Below, piece by piece: positions 57,835 through 64,000 of a stretch of 64,000 bases of DNA. Source of the stretch: the human T2T-CHM13v2.0 reference genome, Homo sapiens; the NCBI RefSeq assembly GCF_009914755.1, contig NC_060929.1. One strand, written 5' to 3'. Below the pieces are notes generated by a model, which did not search any database, was not told the DNA's origin, and saw only the letters and a list, made by a program, of their open reading frames with translations. Position 1 is the first letter of the stretch, and each line of letters starts with the position of its first letter. The position numbers were made by a program, and so were the translations under genes.

Positions 57835-57965
57835 TTTTGTTTTTAATCCTCTAATTGAGTGATAAGGAAACTGAGGCCCAAAGAAGCTAGAAGCCTAATA
57901 GCCCAGTACAAGTTAATGACAGAGCAAGGTTAGAATTCAGGACTCTTGGCTGAGTGTTCTTTCTG
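57835..57965 (-). mobile_element. MIR fragment
   Basis: gataaggaaactgaggccca...gacagagcaaggttagaattcagg. Confidence 0.7.
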
Positions 57966-58099
57966 CTCCTTGTAGAGGTTTGGCGCAGGCTAGGAAACAA
58001 AGTCAAAGGAGAAATAGAATAAAGTTCCAAAAAGTTACTAAGAAATAATTTAGGCATATGAATTATAGTAGAAGAAACTCCCAATAATAGTCATGAGCA

Positions 58100-58280
58100 T
58101 GATATTTCTTCAAGTGTTCTCTGTAGACCTTCAGCATCAGAATCCCCCAGATTTCTGGGGACCGTTGTTAAAAGTGTGTATTTCTGGTCTTCATCCTAGA
58201 CCCACAGACTTGGACTCTCTGGAGGTGAGTCCAGGAAACTGCATTTTTAGACACTCCCCTAGTGGTTTCTTACACTTGAC
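58100..58280. mobile_element. MER5A-like
   Basis: ttcttcaagtg..cagcatcagaatc..ttgttaaaag..ccaggaaactgcattttt. Confidence 0.65.
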
Positions 58281-58404
58281 AATGGCATGCTCTGTCCCCT
58301 CCAGCAGTGGCCTTCACACCAAAGCAGGATAGGATAGCACTTAACAGAATGTGTCAGCTGCATACCATCCCCTGTAACTGCTGTTACTTGGTTTTTGACT
58401 TTTA

Positions 58405-58726
<322 letters not shown>

Positions 58727-58741
58727 TTATTTTCAAAAAGC

Positions 58742-59010
58742 AGGATACAAAATAACAGCAAAGTAGAAGGGATAAGTTCTAGAGTTCTACAACACTGTAG
58801 GATGATTATAGTTAACAATAATATATAGTTTCAAATAGCTAGAAGGAGGATATTGATGTTCCCAACACAAAGAAATGATGTTTGGGATGATGGATATGCT
58901 AATTACCTTGATCTGATCACTTATACATGATATGTATCAAAATATTACCACGTGCCTTAAGAGTATGTACAATTATCACTTGTTAATTTTAAAAAATGAA
59001 ATTAATTTTT
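58742..59010 (+). mobile_element. L1MA 3' end fragment
   Basis: gatacaaaataacagc..gataagttctag..ttcaaatagctagaaggagga..cccaacacaaagaaatgat. Confidence 0.8.
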
Positions 59011-59982
59011 AAAATTGTCTTGCCACAACTCAATGCAAGAATTGGTACCTCAGGAACGTATTAACTCATACCAGAGCAAACACAAACTAATTCCTGTAAC
59101 AGAGCAGAATGTGGCAAGTGCTATAAGAAAGTGAAAATAAAATTCTATGGGAGCCCAAAGGTAGACAGATTGCCTCCCACTGAGGCAACTTCTGAAATAA
59201 TTGATATTTGAGCTGGGCCTTGGAAAGGAGCCGCTATGTCCCCAGAGGGCAGGGAACTGGGGCAGAGTGCATTTTAGACAGAATGAGGAGGCAGAGCAGA
59301 ACCAGTGAGGTAGCAAAGTTCTATTTGTCCAGAGTACGGGGTGGGCAAGCTGTGTGTGTTTGTGGAGGATTGAGGGGTGCTAAGATCTAAGTGCAAACCT
59401 GGCTCTATTGGGCAGGAGAAGGGGGAAGTAGATTGAGGGTCAGGGCTAGAGCTATGTGGGGTGAAATCACAGCAGAAGCTAGAATATGGTTGTAACAGAC
59501 TCAATGCATACAGGCTTAGAAATAAACATTAAGAGAGGTATTTCATTAACTCACCATGGCAATGCAAAGATGGTGAAGGTGTAGGGGTGCTGCTGGGAGA
59601 GCAGGCTCCACCAACACCTAATAAGTCCTCGAGGGAAAATGCCTGACCCCAAGTTCTTAGTGACTTTTGTCAGTTTTCTTTGTAATGTGAGCATACTTGA
59701 TACCTTTTGGGTTTGGCCTCAGGCCTTAGCTAGATTTCAGGACATTGAAAAAAATCCCACCTGTCTCCTGTTACACGGAGCATTAATTCTGATGGAAGAG
59801 TTTTGACATGGTTTGGGATCGATGGAGGATGTTGAGACATTGGAGCTTTCCCTTGAGCTCACTCATGAGTCTATCTGTAAAGCGCTTTATCTTTGGAGTG
59901 ATGAGAATGTTTTTGTAAGTTTCATCAGTAAAAGAAGAGAAAGAAACAACCTAGTCTTGCAGTTTTAAAAGTAGTGTTATAT

Positions 59983-60294
59983 GGCCAGGTGCATTGGTTC
60001 ATGCCTATAATCCCAGTATTTTGGGAGGCCGAGGCAGGAGGATGGCTTGTGCCCAGGAGTTCAAAACAAGCCTGGGCAACATGGTGAGACACAACCTTTA
60101 AAAAAAAAAAAATTAGCCAGGCCTGGTGGCATGTGATCCCAGCTACTCTGGAAGCTGAAGCGGGAGGATTGCTTGAGCCTGGGAGGGTGAGGCTTCAGTG
60201 AGCTGTGATCCTGTCACTGCACTCCAGCCTGGGCAAAAGAGTGAGAAAGAGTGAGAGCCTGTCTCAAAAAAAAAATAAAATAAAATAAAATAAA
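59983..60294 (+). mobile_element. AluJ-like with (TAAAA)n tail
   Basis: Full dimer; imperfect TSD aaagtagtgttat / aaattagtgctat. Confidence 0.9.
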
Positions 60295-60384
60295 TTAGTG
60301 CTATCAAGGGTAAAAAGGTGATGGTCGTTTGGTTGCTATAATTCTTCAATTTATCCTTTTATTCATACATTCAACAAATATGAT

Positions 60385-60815
60385 TTGGTGGAATTGGTTC
60401 CACCTTCGACTCCAGAGGCCAACACTGGACTCTGGCCAGGCCAGAGATCACACCCTGTTGGCCATAATGAATGGGTCGGGGATAGTCATTGATGCACTCA
60501 GCACCCATAAAGCTAAATTCCTTTCAACATCTATGGAAAGATTGTGAATAAATGATCCCTTATCTTGCCAAAATTGAAATAGAGAGCTTGGGTCATAAGC
60601 CTGCAGGTTTGGGGAGTCATCTTAACACACACAGGTAGACTTTAGGATCAGGAAATATGGAGAGCATGATAGAGTCCTAATAAGCTGTTTGAACTCCTTG
60701 GCACATGCTTGCCTGATTACTTACCCTTGGACTTTACAGTAACATGAGCTTGCTTTGTTCGGGTCAGTTTGGGTCACATTTTGTCACTTGCAACTGAGCA
60801 AACCCTAACTGAAAC
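60385..60815 (+). mobile_element. Old MLT1-like LTR
   Basis: cccttggactttacagtaacatgagc...tttgggtcacattttgtcacttgcaactgagcaaaccctaactgaaaca. Confidence 0.65.
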
Positions 60816-61401
60816 AACCTGGAATACTGGTCTGGTGCCATGGAATATAGCCATGAACATGGTCCCCAAAGTTGATCACCTTTGCCCTGTCAAATAAGTA
60901 GGAATAAAGCACAGCCCAGTCTCAGCCTCTGCTATGATGCAATCATTAGTTGGATCTATTCAGGAAAAACAAAACTACTATCTATTCCATTGGGCCTGAG
61001 TATCTCATGAATATATTTTGTAAACTATGAAGTCAGAAACCAGTCGACAGATATCAAACAGGAAAATCATAATCACAATTGTGCTGGCCACATTGTTTAC
61101 TTTCTGTCCCTGCTTAATAGTTTTTCTTTTTTGTCAAAGGTCCAATGTCCTGGGCAGAATTGATGTCTATTTTGTTTTTTCCATTATGAAGCTGTGTGTC
61201 CTTGGGCAAAACATTTCATGTATGTGTGGCTAAGTGTTCTCATTGCTGAAATGGAGCAGGGAGAAATAATATCTACTTAAGAAATAGATCTTTCCTTAAA
61301 AGATCTATTTCTCTGAAGTGACAATAACAAATATATATGCAAAAACATTTTAAAATTTAGAAGCCCAGTACAAATGAAAGCATAAAAAAGTATATATATA
61401 A

Positions 61402-61702
61402 TTTTTTTTTTTGAGATGGAGTCTCACTCTGTTGCCCAAGCTGGAGTGCAGTGTCAGGCACAATCTGGGCTCAGTGCAACCTTTGTCTCCTGGGTTCAAG
61501 AGATTCTCCTGCCTCAGCCTCCTGAGTAACTGAGATTACAGGCGTATGCCACCACACCCGGATAATTTTTGTATTTTTAGTAGAGACGGTGTTTCGCCAT
61601 CTCGAGGCTGGTCTGCTCTTGAACTTCTGACCTCAGGTGATCCACCCACCTTGACCTCCCAAAGTAAGCTGGTATTACAGATGTAAGCCACCTTGCCCAA
61701 CC
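61402..61702 (-). mobile_element. AluS-like
   Basis: Full dimer, ctgacctcaggtgatccacc; imperfect TSD taaaaaagtatat / taaaaatgtacat. Confidence 0.92.
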
Positions 61703-61775
61703 TAAAAATGTACATTTAAGTTGCTCAAGCAAATCTTGTTTTTACTCTGAATTGGTTGAATAACCTTAGCTATAA

Positions 61776-61960
61776 CAATGTGCGGGTACATGTTTAACAA
61801 AAGCTTCTCTAGGGTAAAAATACCCTAATTTGTAGTGTTGACTAATTTCCGCAGTAGAAATTCTATCATTATAGTCAATTTCAACCTACCAATTTGCTTG
61901 CAAAATTCCTGAATATCAGCTCTAATAGGGCTGTATGAGCCTATACCAGCACAACATTGC
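61776..61960. mobile_element. MER63A-like hAT-Blackjack element
   Basis: atgtttaacaa..ccctaatttgtagtgttg..atttcaacctaccaa..ccagcacaacattg. Confidence 0.65.
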
Positions 61961-62849
61961 TCAGATCCATTGGTTAGCTCCTCTGCTTTAGTTTCTTCAC
62001 TTATCAAAACACTTGTTTCACTAATTGTAATCATATAGCTTTCACTGCAAGGTGCCTTGCAGTCATCTACTCTTGTAATGACATCCTCTTTATGCTATGA
62101 CATGCCTAGCAGGGATCTTGGCATCGAAGGCTAATTGATATTTATTTGCATTAATTTGCTTTCTAGTTCTGTAATATGTCTATCCCTCATGAACAAGGAA
62201 CTGGTCTGGTGATGCTTTTAGGCAAACATTACACATAGTACTCTAGTATGTGGATACTTAGATACAGATATTTTAAGTAGATAACCACTTCCTTCAGCTC
62301 GTATAAGAATGTCCCTCAGATTACTGAGGGAGAGTCAGTCTCTCACGGTTGATGTCTCTGTGTGAATTATTCAAAAAAATCACCAAATGCCCCCAGTAAG
62401 CAACAGGTGAGTCATATTTTCAAACAGCCCAGAAAGTTATTACATCTCCTTCAACTGCACAGAAAGCTCAATGATAAAAAACAAAAACAAACATCAGGAG
62501 TGCCTCAACTCTCCTATAGTGGGGCTGAATCCTAAATTGACCATAACTAGATCATGACTTTTCTTAGTAACAGGGGCCCTAGAGCTTTCTTGGTTGTGGT
62601 ATATACTCTCTCTATGAGTGTCAAACTTCTGATAGCTTTGGAGCTTCACATGAATACAGCAGGCCAGTGAACAGAGTGGAAATGGCTGAATTGAAGAGCC
62701 AAGACATGGAGCAGCAGACTGTGCACTAAAGGGACGCCTTCAAGCAGGGCAGCTGGCTATGACTTTCTGCTGTTACCTCATTTCCTGGGCCCTGTTATCT
62801 TGCTTGTTTTGAAATAAAGAAATATGTCAACTGATATTTGTGAAATGAC

Positions 62850-63250
62850 ATTATGCACACGGTAATTCATTGCAGAATTGCTTGTAATTATAAAAGTCTG
62901 GAAATTACTGAAAAGTCCATCAGTAGAGGGCTAGTTAACAGAACTATGGTACATTCATCCAATGGGATAGCACACAGCCATCAGTACAGAAGAATAAAGA
63001 AGCTGTTTGTATCCTGATATGGAAAGATCTCCTTATAAGTTCCCAAAATTGACTTCAGAATGCTACCCTGTGTATAAAAAGTGGGAAAAAATAAATGAGG
63101 AAACACAAGAAAGTGATAATATTGGCTACCTTTAGGGAGGGAAATGAAGTGCTTGGGGTTAGGAAGGAGACTTCTCACATTATGTTTCTCATAAAATGGT
63201 TTCTCATATTTTAGCATTTTAGAATTTGCTATGATCAGTGTGTCTTACCT
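62850..63250 (+). mobile_element. L1ME-like 3' end
   Basis: ttcattgcagaattgcttgtaat..gtccatcagtagagggctagttaa..ctatggtacattcat. Confidence 0.7.
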
Positions 63251-63307
63251 ATATCAATACATACACACATGAACACACTTTTTTCCCACATATACTTTTT
63301 ACAGAAA

Positions 63308-63588
63308 TAATTTTTATTGTGGGAAAATATGGTCATTTTAATCATTTGTAAATGTGCAATTCAGTGGCATTAAATAGATTCAGAGTGCAGTGTACCCATC
63401 GCCACTATGTATACCCACCAAATTTTTAGTATTCCCACCAAAAACTCTTTAGCCATTAAACAATAACTCCCCATTCTCCCTCCCTCCAGGCCCTTGGTAA
63501 CCTGTGTTCTACTTCTGATGAATTTGCCTATTCTAGGTACCTTGTACAAATGGAATCATATAATATTTGTTCTTTGTCTGGCTTATGC
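63308..63588 (-). mobile_element. L1MB-like 3' end
   Basis: taatcatttgtaaatgtgcaattcagtggcattaa..cattaaacaataactccccattctccc..atttgcctattctaggtacc. Confidence 0.8.
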
Positions 63589-64000
63589 CATTCTCCCACA
63601 TACTTTTGTTTTCTAAAGAAAACATCTATCAGCTGGATAAATAAAGTTGTGAAAGTTTGAAATGTTGTTCATGTCTTTAGAAAAAAGAGAACAGATCTTG
63701 TGAAATGTGTTGACGTGCCTTGGACAAGGTAGCTCATGCCTGGTGTTTCCTAGAAACCTTAGATAACTCATTGTAACCTTTAAAAGGTTAACTAGTTGCC
63801 CAGCTTAATCTCAGAAAATGAAGTCAAATAGCCACCATTTCCCACAAACCTTGGCTCATATATGGCAGAGCTTTTTGAAGAGGGGCCCTAGAGGCCTTCA
63901 GAGACTCCATGAATCTTTTCTGAAATTGCATGCAAATTTGTTGCGTGTCCCCTTTTGGGAGATAAGTTCTTTAGTATTCAGAGATTTTCAAAGTGGTCCA

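Overview
Primate (very probably human) AT-rich, repeat-dense non-coding DNA. I could not support any intact protein-coding gene, spliced exon, CpG island or prokaryote-type system. Almost all ORFs in the track come from L1, Alu, ERV or MaLR sequence, or are chance ORFs. Repeat family names are recognised from memory of consensus sequences and need RepeatMasker/Dfam confirmation. The window holds a MER57-type ERV1 3' remnant with an env TM fragment, fused to a near full-length old L1 that lacks its 3' end. It also holds a second ERV1 remnant (LTR, tRNA-Arg-CCG PBS, gag, pro), an internally deleted ERVL provirus (tRNA-Arg-ACG-like PBS), and a nested L1/MST/THE1D/Alu stack. Many solo LTRs, Alus, L2/MIR fragments and DNA-transposon fossils are also present. 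Five items most deserve a second look. (1) A U2 snRNA copy retains its 3' trailer and 3' box and is joined directly to an Alu under one apparent TSD, suggesting a pre-U2/Alu chimeric retrocopy. (2) An H3F3A processed pseudogene sits in an Alu linker and carries the same base change as oncohistone G34R. (3) A TIR-to-TIR hAT fossil has transposase motifs and a MER53-like end. (4) An MST element begins at an internal TG yet has a perfect 5-bp TSD. (5) Two perfect inverted repeats look like template-switch scars. None is shown to be a new functional system; they are retrotransposition or evolutionary curiosities, one with possible diagnostic relevance.
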